Source: Marsupella aquatica (taxonomy: Eukaryota > Plantae > Marchantiophyta). From it: a stretch of DNA of 64,000 nucleotides. The notes under the pieces are model-generated. The model saw nothing but the letters and a program-made list of their open reading frames with translations, had not been told where the DNA came from and did no database searches. Each line of letters starts with the position of its first letter. Positions within the stretch are counted from its first letter, which is position 1. Location of the stretch: positions 778,143 to 842,142 of the forward strand of contig OZ316891.1 in NCBI GenBank assembly GCA_973895155.1, given 5' to 3'. Shown here piece by piece: positions 11,230-24,853 of the stretch. Made by a program: the position numbers and the translations under genes.

Positions 11230-14200
11230 ATGAGTGACTCGGAGGATACTGGAAGAATTGGCGTCGGTGAAGCTTCAGGATCGCGACGGTCAGACGGTGA
11301 TTCTGAGGAGGAGCTGCTACCGTTTGAGGAAGAACTTGTGACACCGGTACGATCACCGGTGCGGCGTGCAGTGGAGGAGGCTGTACTACTACCAGAGCTA
11401 TCGATAGTGAGAAAGAAGAGGGAGATGGCTAGATTTGGAGGAGTAAAGTTTGAGGTGGAGAAGTACGATGGTCGTACTGATTACTTGTTGTGGGAGAAGC
11501 AAGTAAAGGGTGTTCTACGGGCCATGGGCTTAGCTCATCTTCTTTCATTGCGATAGCAGTATGATGGAGAGGAGGAGATTTTTGTGAGGCAGTGGAGACA
11601 AGAGCAGATGATTGTTGTCAACGCAGTGATACTATATCTCAAGCCGCACATCATCAAGCAGCTGGATGATTATGCGGATTGCGCGTCACTATTCAAGGCT
11701 CTAAGAGAGAAATACTACCGGGAAGATGCGTCAGACCGGCTGTACAAGAAGTCTCTCTTGATGAGCCTCAGGCTCAAGGAAGGGAGCAAGATGCAGGATC
11801 ACCTGGATGAGTTTGACAATCTAGCGGTGGATCTGTCAAACCTGGGAAAATGAGTTGAAGATGAGGATAAGGCCTTGCTTCTGTTAAGCTCCTTATCGCC
11901 GTCTTATCACGGCTTGAAACAGGTGCTCTTGTACAAAGATCTAAAGTCCATTTCGTATAATGAGGTGGTGAGCTCTTTATTGTCTGATGATGCTCAAAAG
12001 AAGTTGGGTCAATCACAGACAACATCTTCTTCTAGCACTGTGCTCAATGTGAATAGGGGAAGAGCAGCGCAGCGCACAAATGGGCAGAATAGGTTTAGAT
12101 CTACATCACGGGGGAGATCTAAATCCAAAGGGAAATTGCAAGAGACGAAGCCTCTTGCATGTTGGAATTGTGGCAAACCTGGTCACATGAAAAGGGATTG
12201 TCGAGTAAAGGTCCCTACTGCCTCTGCTAACGCGGCATCGAGCTCGCATGAGGTAGATTTACTCGATTATGATGACATATTGTGATGTCAAGGTTATGCT
12301 CTCAACGTAGTATCAAATCCACGTAATGATGATTGGATTCTAGATAGTGCATGTACTTTTCACATTTGCTCTAGGAGAAATTTTTTCAGTTCTTACACGG
12401 TTTCCAACGGGTCAGTGTTGATGGGAAATGAAATCCCATGTCAAGTTGTTGGACTTGGATCTATAAGATTTCAGATGTTTGATGGTGCTATGAGAACGTT
12501 GAGGAATGTGAGACATATTCCCAGCATGATGAAAAATCTCATTTCACTTGGAGTTTTAGAAGCAAATGGACATCAGTGGAGCTCTGCTAATGTTGTTCTT
12601 CAGGTTTCAACTGGTACTAAAGTTGTATTGAAGGGAAAGAGACATAGCAATCTATACGTTTTGGAGGGCAGTGTAGTTTGTGATGAAGCCAATATAACCT
12701 TATCTCATGAGGAGACGGCCCGGCTGTGGCACTTCCGTTTGGGCCACATGAGTGAAAAAGGTTTGGTTATTCTTCAAAAGAAAGGATTACTTTCTAATTT
12801 GCAATCTTGTAAGATGGAATTTTGTGAGCACTGTGTGCTAGGGAGCAGCATAGGAAACCCTTCGAAGTTGGAACTCACGTCAGCAAAGAGGTACTTGAGT
12901 ATGTACATAGCGATGTGTGGGGTCCAGCCCCTACTCCCTCACATTCTGGACGGTTATACTATGTCACGTTCATAGACGATTACTCAAGGTATGTGTGGAT
13001 ATACTTTCTACACAATAAGTTTGATGTTTTTGCCACTTTTAAGGAGTGGAAAGCCCAAGTAGAGAATTAGACTGGTAATAAGGTGAGATATCTTCGATCG
13101 GATAACGGCGGTGAATACAGTTCCAGGGAATTTGAAACGTATTGTAAGGAGCAGGGGATTACCCGCCATCTCACAACAAGTTATACTCCTCAGCAGAATG
13201 GTGTTTTTGAGAGACTCAACCGAACACTATTGAACCGTTTGAGGAGTATGTTGAGTCAATCATGCTTACCACATGAGTTTTGGGCTGAAGCTATCAACAC
13301 TGCAACTTATTTGGTAATTTTTCTCCATCCAGTTCTATTGGATTCAAGACGCCATTTGAAATGAGATACGAGCGTCCAGCAAATTACTCACATTTGAGGA
13401 TTTTTGGATGTGATGCTTATGTGCTTACACCTTCCCAGCTTTGATCCAAGCTGGAGTCCAAGTCGAAGAAGTGCATTTTCCTTGGCTATCAGAAAGGTGT
13501 GAAGGGTTATAGGTTATGGGATCCAGTAACCTGTAAACTAATTGTCAGTAGAGATGTAAACCCCTATGAATCCAAATCATCAAAGGAAGGGGAGAGTTCT
13601 CAGGACAGTTCCCATATTGACAAGGAGAAATCTTCCATCCCGGACCGGGTTGAGGGGGAGATTAGTCATGATGTTGTTCATGACAAGAGAGATGGAAAAG
13701 CTCCGGGCTTGGAGCTGGTTCCTGTGATGGAACAATAGGAGCAAATTGTTGCTGGGGTACCTCAAATTCAACCAGCAGCAACAGTAGATCAGCCTGAGTC
13801 ATCTACTAGAAGAACTTCCAGTCGTTCTACTAGAGCTCCTACCAGGTATGGTCAATGGGCAGACTCATCTAAGCTAGATGATATTGACATTGCACCTGAT
13901 GATGATGACATGGCTTTGATCTTGGAAGAATGAGAGCCTTCTTCATACAGTGAGGCTTGTGCTTCAGAACATAAGCATAAGTGGAATGCAGCAATGCAAA
14001 GGGAGTTGCAATCTTTGAGTGACAACAAGACATGAGAGCTAGTGGAGCTTCCAAGAGGTCAGCAAGTGGTGGACAGCAAATGGATTTACAAGTTGAAGGA
14101 CAGTCCTTCAGAGGGTGGAGATAAGATCTACAAGGCAAGGCTTGTTGCCAAAGGGTTCACTCAAAAGAAAGGAGTGGACTACAATGAGGTCTTTTCACCG

Positions 14201-15505
14201 GTGGCTAAGTATTCCACAATTCAGATCTTGTGTTAGCTTGATGTGTTTTTTGGTCTGGTGATGGATCAGATAGGTGTTGTTACTGCTTTTCTCTATGGCA
14301 ACTTGGAAGAGTTGATCTTCATGAGACAGCCACTAGGCTTTATGAAGAAGGGCCAAGAGAACTTAGTTTGCAGATTGCTCAAGTCCTTGTATGGATTGAA
14401 GCAATCTCCCAGACAGTGGAACAAGCGGTTTGATGATTTCATGTTTGCTCAAGGTTTTACAAGGATGGTGTATGATCCTTGTGTGTATATGAAATCAGTC
14501 AAGAATGATGTGTTTGGTTTCATCATTCTGGTTATCTATGTGGATGACATGTTGACTGTGGCTAAAGATCAATCTGAAGTTGACAGTCTCAAGGCGAAAT
14601 TGAGTGTTGAATTCAGGATGAAGAATCTTGGTAAGGCCAATAGGATCTTAGGGATGGAGATTTTTAGGAACTCTAAGACTGGACAGTTGTGCTTGAGTCA
14701 AGACCAGTATGCGAGAAAAATACTTGCACGATTCAACATGAAAAATTGTAAGCCAGTGAGTATTCCCTTAGCTTCACATTTGAAGTTATCATCAGCTTTC
14801 TCTCCTACGGATGCTGTGGAGAAAGGTCTGATGGCTAAAATTCCTTATGAAAAGGCAGTAGGCAGTCTGATGTATTTGATGACTTGTAATAGGCCTGACT
14901 TGGCCCTAGCGATGGGCAAGGTTAGCAGATTCATGTCAAATCTAGGGAAAGTACATTGGGAAGCTGTGAAGTGGATTCTCAGGTATCTAAAGGGAATACA
15001 GGACTATGGATTACTATTTGATAACAGATCAAATAGAACGTTAGTTGGCTATGTTGATTCTGACTATGGAGGCTGTCTGGATATAAGGAGATCTACAACT
15101 AGGTTTGTATACACTCTTGGAGGGGGATGTATCAGTTGGAAATCTACCTTGCAGAAGTGCATTTCTCAGTCTACTACAGAAGCAGAGTATGTTGCAGCAG
15201 CACAAGCAGCAAAGAAAGCAATTTGGTTGGACAAGTTGATCGCGGAGATGGGTTTAGAGCATGGCAAAATGACTCTAAACTGTGATAGTCAGAGTGTTCT
15301 TCACTTGGCTGCTAACCAGGTAATGGATAGCAGGGTGAAGCACATTGATATCAGGTACCATTTTATCAGGCAAGCAGTGTCTTATAAAACTTTTGAGCTA
15401 GTCAAGATTGATGGAAAGCTCGATCCCGCGGATGCTTTTACCAAAGTGATTCATTTGGAGAGTTTCTCAAGACACCGTGCTACTTTGCAGGTTTTGCAGT
15501 TGTAG
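11230..15505 (+). pseudogene. Copia gag-pol polyprotein, disrupted by stops and frameshifts
   Basis: VKFEVEKYDG (gag), CWNCGKPGHMKRDC (zinc knuckle), WILDSACTFH (protease), LWHFRLGH (GAG-pre-integrase), LRSDNGGEY and TPQQNG (integrase), YKARLVAKG and IYVDDM (RT), GYVDSDY and KHIDIRYHFIR (RNase H). Confidence 0.93.
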
Positions 15506-15701
15506 TGCAAGTAGAGTTATTTAGCAATGTGTGACTATTTGTATATGGATTACTCATTCCTGTTTGGCTACGGTTTAGTTCTAGTTAACCCTTAGTTAAC
15601 CCTTGTGGTTTTTAGGGGGAGACCTGGTTTGGTGATTGTCTAGAACTTCCCGCTGAGGATTCCATGTGGTAGCATTTAGTCCAGTCCCCAAGACAAGAGT
15701 C

Positions 15702-15710
15702 AAAGGGGAG
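15702..15710 (+). promoter_or_regulatory. Polypurine tract of copia element 1
   Basis: AAAGGGGAG immediately before the 3' LTR. Confidence 0.85.
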
Positions 15711-15712
15711 TT

Positions 15713-16056
15713 TGTTAGATATTTCTCTAGTCTTGTGACTCATGAGCTAACTACAGTTAGGCTAACTCGGGTTAGGACTTAGCTATTGTTAGCGGTAGTG
15801 CTGTTGTGTATATAGCCAGGGCTGATGCCAGACCCTGGTGGAACTTAGGCTCATTGTTACGGAGCTAGTTGAGAGATAGGGAGAGCTTGTGTTGTGGATG
15901 CTTGGTATGGCCGGTCGGCCTAGAGTGCAGTAAAGCTCTTGTGTGTTCCCGTGGACATAGCCTCATGTGGAGGTGAACCACGTATCTCTCTGTGTCGACT
16001 ATTGTGCGTTGGATGATTCATAGGCTTGTCGTTACGAATGTCGTCTATGCTCAACA
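15713..16056 (+). repeat. 3' LTR of copia element 1
   Basis: Direct repeat of 9237-9580. Confidence 0.95.
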
Positions 16057-16177
16057 GCTATATGGAGGGACACTCTTTGGTTATCTTGTTTCATTCAATT
16101 TGATTGAAATATATTTTTATGTTCATTTGGCCTAGTCCATGCTTTAGCTATGTATTTTATTTAGAAGTTAATCATTT

Positions 16178-16392
16178 GTGGCAGCCCCTTTAACTTTCTT
16201 AATGTCCTTAGTTTTTATTAGGTTTCCTCTATTTTTCTTAGCATTTATTTTTGGCAGCCCCTTTAACTTTTTTAATGTCCTTAGTTTTTACTAGGTCCCT
16301 CTATTTTTCTTGGCATTTATTTTTGGCAGCCCCTTTAACTTTTTTAATGTCCTAGTTTTTATTAGGTCTCCTCTATTTTTCTTAGCATTTTG
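16178..16392. repeat. AT-rich tandem repeat, 3 units of ~72 bp
   Basis: ggcagcccctttaacttt..taatgtccttagtttttattagg...ctctatttttcttagcattt three times. Confidence 0.8.
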
Positions 16393-17524
16393 AGGGGCAT
16401 ATTTCCTTACCTACGTGAGAGAAGGTTTGAATCTTCAACCAAGCAACTAGTACACTATTCATTGATAAGTGCACCTTACATGCCATTGGTTATAGAATTT
16501 ACATTGTTCATGGTTTATTGATGAACAAATGTCACCTAAATAGAGAGCCCCAAATAGAGCCAAAAGTTTTTAAAAATAAAGTTCAATAGTTGAGCTCACT
16601 TTGAATTGAATCATAAAGTGTTGCTATACTTATACAAGTACATTGACTAAAACCTTGAAATTAATGCACATGTCTAAATATACTTTTCACATTTTCAAAA
16701 AGGTGTGCATTAACTTTCTTATAATCATTCTTCAATACTTGTTTTTATAAACTAGTTAAGTTAAAATGTTCATTCATTTCAATTCTTTTAGATAAGTCAA
16801 AATAGGCATGTAGAATGAACATGCTATAATGCCAATTCCAATTCAGTCACAGAAAACTAAGAAGTATTGTGCCATGATAGCTAAGTTATGAGTAGCTTGG
16901 TGCCGGCCTTCCCGGTTGTTAGCTCTCCGACCTTTGGTCCTTTGGGGTGGACCCTGCTTTAGGCCCCCTGTTTGTATGCTAGCTAATTGAATGGAATTCA
17001 TTTGGTTTTTTAGAGGCAAAAAAATTATGAGTGAGAATATAATCACTTTTCAGGCACAATTGTCACGAATAATGACTGCCAAGTAAATCAAGAGGAGAAG
17101 GAGCCTGTAACGTGGATTGCTGCCTCTCATTTCCCATGCTTGAAACGACTGATTTGCCGACACTAATTTCTAAATCTAAAATGTACGATTGATTTAGTGG
17201 TGTAGGAGATTTAAGCGCTTTCCAAGCAATAATAGCCATGTGATATCCCATGAAGGTTAGCTATGCGGCCGTAGCAATTCCCGTAGACCAAATAGTAAGA
17301 ACAAAAATTATCAGCCTGAAGTAATTGCGATCTTAGCCACCCAAAGGAATTCGGAGCCGTCGTGCAACACACAAATGTATACAGGTGGACCAGAGCAACC
17401 TCGAAAAATCACATGTCTACTACACCCTGTTCCTGAACCTCGCTTCTATAATCGAAGGACTTGTTCCTCGAACAGTCGCAATTCGTCGAATTGAGCGGTC
17501 TAAGTCATGGGTAAGAACTGTATG

Positions 17525-17805
17525 TGGGAACTCGTTTTTTTTATAATGTTCGAAAGTACTCATCCAGAAGTGAAGAACCCAACGATGTTGTGCATGAAAC
17601 GGTGATCCCCAGTATTTTAGAAGATCCTTATGAACGATGGTCACTTAAGAACACGCAACCCAGTGGGAACTCGTTTTTCTGGTAATGTTCGAACGTACTC
17701 ATCCAGAACGGAAAAGCCCAACGATCTTGTGCAATGAAACAGTGATCCCCAGTATTTTAGAAGATCCTTGAACACATGATGTGGTCACTTAAGAATATGC
17801 AACCA
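17525..17805. repeat. ~140-bp tandem duplication downstream of the NAT gene
   Basis: tgggaactcgtttt...gtactcatccagaa...tgatccccagtatttt...ggtcacttaagaa...gcaacc occurs twice. Confidence 0.8.
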
Positions 17806-18371
17806 GTTGTCTGTACACTCAAAAGTCCGCGACAGATATGGACATGTTGGTTTCACACCAGTAAGGATTGATGTCGAAGGTTTTTGTGCGCAGAGCTGAG
17901 AGGATTACTTCATCTCACATTCATGAAATGCATACATCGGAATGTTGGAGCAAGGCAATGAGATTAAACGAGGAACAAAGGGCAGATCAGAAACAAACGT
18001 CTTCTACTATCTCCACATTACCTTCTCATAGTAGTAGCTCAGAATAATTACAAGGGGCAGAATAACAACGAGCCTAAAGAAAAATTTCAGTTCTGCCACA
18101 GATTACCAACAATCTATCGCTTGTTTCGGATTCACCGATATAATTGAAAAATAATGGTTGAGTAATCCCTATCGTCTTTTAGGAAAGGGCATTTGTATCT
18201 GGTCATCATGTTCACTTATAGCACACTGGCGCGTCCTTCCTCAAGCCCCCTACAATAAACCTCATGAAAGGAGTCAAAACAAATTTCTCTTGGATTTACA
18301 TGTGACTGTCGTACAATAATAATTTCCTGTATTAACTCTACTGGTGGTTTACTAACGAGGATCTGGTCACC

Positions 18372-21300
18372 TTACAATCCCACCCACCTCACCCAAGTGA
18401 AGAATCTACCCAAGCCGAAGGGTAAACCATAGTCCTTCAGCACTGCCGGCTCATTTCTGGCAGCCACAGGTTTTGTCCAAATATAGGTACCTCGTTCTTG
18501 TCTGCTGCCAGGTACCGTGTTGTCAAGAATAAACGCTACCAGGAACGCAATCACCATGTGCAGAGAGAAGATTGTGTTCAACACTTCATTCAACTGTCAA
18601 CAACAAACAGTGAGTTGTCAGATAACCACACTGAAAAAAAATTCACCAGAACTAAAACTGCATTGGTACGAAGAGCAGATTTAGAACAACACTCAGTATC
18701 CTGTAATATAGAACAGTATGCCTCATTTCAGTCCGCATTGTCAAACCGGTACATAATTTTCAACATTCAGGTTGACCTTTGTAAAACTATAAAGATCATG
18801 ATGATTACATGAAAATTGGTGTCAACTACATCAAAATCTATGTACATCACATGTTTCACCTATGCAAACAGTCGTAGGTTGTACAGGCCATATCTCGACT
18901 AGGACCGCATTTCTCCAAAACTATCGATACGCGGATTTCAGAGAGAGACTACTAAATACAAGAGGAGAAGATGAGAGCTTACTGAATTGCTGCGAGTATG
19001 GAAGGGACCGCGTTTCTGTGCCACTGTGAACTGTTGAAAGTACAGCGGCACTGAACCATTGGAAGCAACAGCATCGTACTGCTGAAAGTATGCTGGCACA
19101 GATAATGCCAGGAAGAGAGAGAGGCCTACAATAAGCACATTTCGCGAGCTTCCTGTCTCACTATACCGCAAATTGGATAGCCCAAGCGCAGCCAGCATTG
19201 TCCACATGATTACCAGAAGCGCAGCTACAATCACCTGAGGAATTGTAGCGAGAAAGCCCCCAATTTTCCCTGCAAAGCAATACAAGGACAGCACATCAAA
19301 AAAGGCTGGTATAGGGGACTCTCCAACATGCATTCCACCAGGCGACTAAACGAAGGTAGGCATCACAATTACAAAGGATCTCAGCGACACATTTTGCTGA
19401 TTTAATTTAGAAAGCTTTCGAGCACGAAATTTCTCGTGCAATTCCCTACCACCATTGGCTGAATATCCATTACTCCAACGAGAGATTACATCTGTTGGCT
19501 GACCGCCACGAGCGGAATTTCTTCCTTTGGAATAGAAAGCTTACCAATAACAGATATGAGGATCAACACCACAGCACCAAATTCTACAGCACGGCGACTG
19601 CCCATTTTGGTCACAGCAATAGTGTGCACGTTCTCGGTGAGAGTCGTTGCTCCAGTTCCTGTTCCCCAGAGACCGGCTAGGGCACTTGTAAAACCCTCCA
19701 TGGCAATACTCCGGCTCACAACACCGGGTGTTGGTGCTCTGGAAGCTACTAACAGACTTGTAGCGTGGTAGGATCCGACCTGAAGCATCAAACAGACACA
19801 CCGCAATGCTCAGAATCGTGACCGTGTTATCTCGTTAGTGTCGATTCACAGTTAGGAAAGTCAACAACTCCCCAGCAGCTGCATTCACGGGATTGGGAAG
19901 TGCTACATGGCACCCCACAAGACAGGTGTACTCACCGAGTCCACAGTGGCAATGATCGAGGCAGCAATCATGATGACGCCGGTCTTCAAGTCAAATGACG
20001 GCGCTCCCCACTGAAACGGATATGGGAAGCGGAACCAGGATGACTTGCTCAGGGCATTCGAGACATCTGTCCTGCAATGTTGCATTGTGAACAGGTGCTC
20101 TGTGCAATTCGCTGGTATTGTGGCATTTGCGGGTGCATGCAATGGGCATCCTTTATAACTATATCTTCCTGTTTCGGTCAAGAGAAAGGCATACGCCCAA
20201 ACAATTGCAAGGCCCAGAGGCAACTGCATCCACCACACAATTTTGTTTAGCTTCTACTTTACAGATTATTCAAAGATAACTCCCTACGTTACTATGCTAT
20301 TGGGTGCAATGACATCAAGAGCAATACAGCAACAGTACTTATTCCCAGCTCATAAACTAGTACACTAGGGCGAGCTCTGGAGAAGTACAACACTTGAACT
20401 AGTCCAATGTATATGATGATTCTGACTCGACCGAAATTTAACACGAGATCAATAACAGGTCAAGGAGCGAAGCGTTATCTTGAAAACAGAAAATAAGAAC
20501 TTCGAGACATTGAAGTTCGAAAGAAATAAAGAAAAAACTTACAGCGTATACTTGAAAGATTTTGTGACCAAATATGGACACCCTGCGAAGGTACTGCACC
20601 AAAACAACACCGAAAGATTGGAATTTAAATACAATACAGTTGTGTATTCCTTTGAACTAGCAACTCAATATTGAGACTGTCTCCATCTAATACTGCAGAC
20701 TTAACAAGCTAACTTGCAACAATTTCATCTGCGGCAAGAAATTGAACCGACTTGAATTCGGCTTCAAACTCGAGATAGATCCATACCAGGGCAAAAATTA
20801 AGACCACAAGAATTTGGGGGATGCCTATCTCCACACATGTGCCCACGTACGGAAACCCATAGCTGAAGAACGCGAGTCCAACAGCAGCAACTGTAGGTGC
20901 AACCACGACAGGGTTGATGACCCTGCAAATCCATTTGGCAACGTGGCCACGTTTAGTCTCCTCACATTTTCTCACTTCATCCACGTCATGAAGGTATACT
21001 GTGTCCTGCTCCTTAAATGCTAGATACACGACAGAATGCCATATCCTTACCCTGGCCCTACAGTATCACATGCAATGTTTTCCCTCCAAGAACAACAATC
21101 CATTCCGACTAGTTTTCCGTCAGAAATTTAAGCATGAAAGGCCCACAGGTGCAACATTCTCCCCGATCAACAATCCAATCCACTATTTTTCCGACCGCAA
21201 TCAGTTTTCTCACGGTCACCGTTGAACTGACATGGATACAATCCAGAATGCAATTAAACCTTCGCGATATACTAAGGGTATCCGGACTGTGCCAACTTCT

Positions 21301-23435
21301 CAATAGAATAATGTGATCGCTTCCCTCAAGATCACTGCCGTACTCCACTTCGACAGAGCTAATGATGTCGTCGAAGGATAAGAATTCGAGGCATACAGAA
21401 AGTGGTGCCAAAACTGGCGCCTCCCACGCCACCGATCATTCTCTCTCACCTCTTGGAAGTCGCGGACTGCAACAATTACAGAGCTACTGGATTGACATTT
21501 CACTTGGAGATTTCCTTACCTCAAGAGAATGCGCATAAACCCACTGTAGCCGACAAATAGCTGAAAAATGGACGAGATGATGACTGCCCCTTGCAAATCC
21601 CTCATCGTATGCTTAAACCTCTGCACAAAATCCAAGAATCCGTCCAAAATTGAGTCGGGCTATATAATACTATCATTTTGTTCGACTTGTGTTTGTATGA
21701 CGAAGACAGCTGAGCTCAGCCGCAGAACCAAAAAAGAAAATTGCAATGGAGCGTGGACGTTTCCACAACAAACTCGTTTTCAAATCCACAAAAATGGGGG
21801 CCTCCTAGACGCACCACGTCAGATGCCCTGTTGAAGTTTTTCGGCAAGTAGATGATGGCCAATGCCGGTGCTAAATACACAAAAGAGGCTCCTTGGATCA
21901 GCGGCAGCCTCGACCCAAAAAATGAATGGAGTAATGTCGATATCCCTGAGACTAGGAGCATCGTCGAAATCACCTTGGCCACATCCTCCTGCTCACAATC
22001 AGTGCTCAATTATTAGTTATGAAGACGAAGCACTCCACGTGCAAGTATCCATCCCAATGTCAAATTAGTAAGCAAAACCGAAGTGTCTGCTACCGTAGCA
22101 GCAATCCGGACGGGCAGCCGACAAAAATAACTCAATTGGGGCGTTTTTACCACAAACGCAATCCTCGCTCACGACAGGACTCGCAAATCGACAAAATAAT
22201 ATCAATACAACTACCAGACAAAGCCCAGCGAGAAAGGGAGCAAAGTAGTACCTACAACACACAAAAACCCCAAAATTCATAGGAAATCAAACGCACGCCG
22301 AGGAATCCACCTTCCCCTTGCTTGACATGCAGGATAGAAGAGAGGAGAGAGGAGCGGAACTTACATCTACACCACCCGCTGCTGGCACGATGACGAGAGG
22401 AATCAAAATGAGTGATCCCACTATGGAGAAGTAGTGCTGTATCCCGTACAATACCAGAGGAACTGCAATGGCGCTCAAAGACAACAACAGAGCAAACGTC
22501 AGCCTATAAGCTTTCATAGACAATCCATCGAATCGAATCGAATCGAATACCATCAATTGAATAGTAGAGAAGAAGTTAAGAATATTCCAATCTATAAAGC
22601 GATTGGAAGAACTGGTTGTGAATGAAATGCGGCACATAATTAACCAATGCAACGAACTGCGCAGCAAACTTCGGAAAAGTCCAGAGAGGACTCGACCGTG
22701 CACGGCATATTGTTAAACCACTGTTGTAAAGGAGAGAGATTGAAAGAGGGGAGCAAAACTGGAGCCACAACACTCACCTAGACCAGGAGTCTCTCTAATT
22801 TCATACATCATATGAGAGTGCTTGGCCATGAGAACATCATCGGCGTCTTGGGATTGGGACATCATGTCTCCTTCCGAGTCCTTGTAAGCTCTCGCAGGCT
22901 CCATCCGGAACTGTTGCGGTCCACTGTTTGTCTGCGCAACGCTGGCAGTCTCGGTGTCTGAGGAGGCCTTTTTGACTGGCGGGATGAATGCTCCAGGAAG
23001 CACTCCGCCCTGATGAGGTACCCCTGCATTGTTGTTAGCGTTGGCGGCAAGGCCAGGCGGGGGCTTGAGCTCCTTATTGTGGTTCCCATTCACTTGCGCC
23101 ACTCCACCAACACCATTTTCCACGTCCTTGTTTGGCAACGGATGTCCATGCTGCTGTTGCCGTGCTTGCTGGTTACTACCATGTACACTCCCATCCGACA
23201 TGTTGATTTCAATATCACTGGCTGTGCTCACACTCTCTCCAGAAACGTTGCTCTTGTACCCTGTGCGGCGAGCCCATGTGCCCAAAGCTCGGGGATTGTG
23301 GGAGGGGTCCGTTGGCAGAGGGTCCATTCTGGGCGGCCAAGGGCCCGGCCTCCTCCCTACCTCTGGATCATAGTCCACCACATCTCCGATTTTGGGTTTG
23401 CTAGGGGAGATTGGGTTCCCCACCGGTACTGACAT
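18372..23435 (-). CDS. NAT12: Nucleobase-ascorbate transporter (NCS2/xanthine-uracil permease family), NAT11/NAT12 type; 10 exons: 23435-22778, 22462-22365, 21988-21815, 21620-21520, 20922-20787, 20593-20543, 20223-19936, 19779-19545, 19269-18983, 18593-18372
   Basis: All introns are GT-AG and keep the frame. Motifs: LGTWARRTG, HMMYEIRETPGL, YGIQHYFS, FGSRLPLIQG, PVVVAPT, FPYPFQWG, the NAT signature TENVHTIAVTKMGSRRAVE, and LDNTVPGSRQERG. NAT11 versus NAT12 orthology is not resolved. Confidence 0.93.
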
Positions 23436-24811
23436 TGCTCCCGACCTGTTCAGCGAGAGCCCACAAAATGTGCAAATGTAGGTCGGGTGAAAAGGAGGGG
23501 GAATGGAATGTTGGCTCTAGCTGAGCTGCGCTGCCGTTGGTTGGTTCTAATGGTGGTGTACCGATGAGGGGCACTTCCTATGAGCGAGCGAAAGGCGCAT
23601 TTCTGTAATACTAGCCACCGCAAACATCACTCGGCCACCAATGTTGTTGTACGAATGTACGAACGCCCCGAACGAGCGAGCGAACGATCTGCTGGCAATC
23701 AATCAGTCCTTCACTCAGTTGTAAGCCACAAACGTAGAGAAGAGCAGCAGCAGAAGTGAGATGATCCCGGCGACAATGCCGAAGCCGATGGAGCACTCCT
23801 CATGACCACCTTCACCACCAGCATTGCTCTCCCCCCCACCTCCCCCCCTTCGTCAATGAATGAATCAGCAGCAACAACCAACAACCGCAAGCCAGCCGGC
23901 TCACTCTGTTGTCCAGCGAAGCTTTTCCCGAAATTTGTAGACAGGGATGCTAAGCTCCTCTTCTTCCCTCTCCTCGCTCTGGACTATTGCAACCAACTGA
24001 ATGTAACTCCCGCGTCACCTGGCCAACAGCTTTCCTTTCCACCGCTCTGATGAGACCGACTGGGCTGGATCGGACCGTGCCAATGCCACAATGTGTCAAA
24101 CCACCACCACTTTGTTAACAACTTTCCCTGCTTCCTTCCCACGACCACCACTTGAACAACCACCTGCTTGCCTGTCTGCCAGCCTTCCTGCCTACCCTCT
24201 CCTCTCGCTCTCCTTCACCTCACGGGGCACTGCATATCGACAAAACAGCTTCGTGGATAAACTTCGGGCAATGCAATGCAATCGTTCAATCATTCACGAT
24301 AAGCAGCCACGGTAAATTCGCCTCCTTCCAGAATCCTTGCTTCCTTCCCTCCCTTATTCAGAGATTGTGCAATGCCTTGGGTTGTTCCGGTGCAAGCTTT
24401 GGATCCGACGCGGTGAGTTTCAATCCAAACGTCACGCTGACTCGACCCACTATCGGAGCTCAGCTCAAGGCTGTCTTAGCCAATGCGCAGGCAAGTACTA
24501 CTGTAGACAAACAGAGCTCCAGACGAGACTAGGAAGTGGAAGGGCAACTCAGCGTAGACGGCCTACTTTCCTTCTTAGCTATGCGTTGCTTCTCAGGCAG
24601 ATGTTTTTCGAGCTGTTCGAGAATCGGATTAGATGCTGCTGATGCAAGCAAACTACCGTAGCTTTCAACGCTCTACCTCCCTGAATGAATCGGTGAGTGG
24701 AAAACAGCCGTCCCGTTCGGAGCTGGGCTATACCGAGCTACTGTAGATATACCTTACTGACCTGCACTGTCTTCTGTTGTCACCTTCTTCAGAGCCCCAG
24801 CAGCAGAGATG

Positions 24812-24853
24812 CAGGAGAGGAGAGGAGAGGAGAGGAGAGGAGAGGAGAGGAGA
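24812..24853. repeat. (GGAGA)n microsatellite
   Basis: About 8 consecutive ggaga units. Confidence 0.9.

Larger units (their letters stand above)
9237..16056 (+). mobile_element. Full-length, degenerate Ty1/copia LTR retrotransposon (Tnt1/Tork-like)
   Basis: Two 344-bp LTRs TGTTAG...TCAACA; flanking 5-mers GTTAT and GCTAT (TSD, 1 mismatch); PBS and PPT present; domain order gag-PR-IN-RT-RH. Confidence 0.95.

Noticed and set aside
22778-23435. Long disordered N-terminus of the transporter
   Set aside because: Known feature of the NAT11/NAT12 subfamily, not novel.
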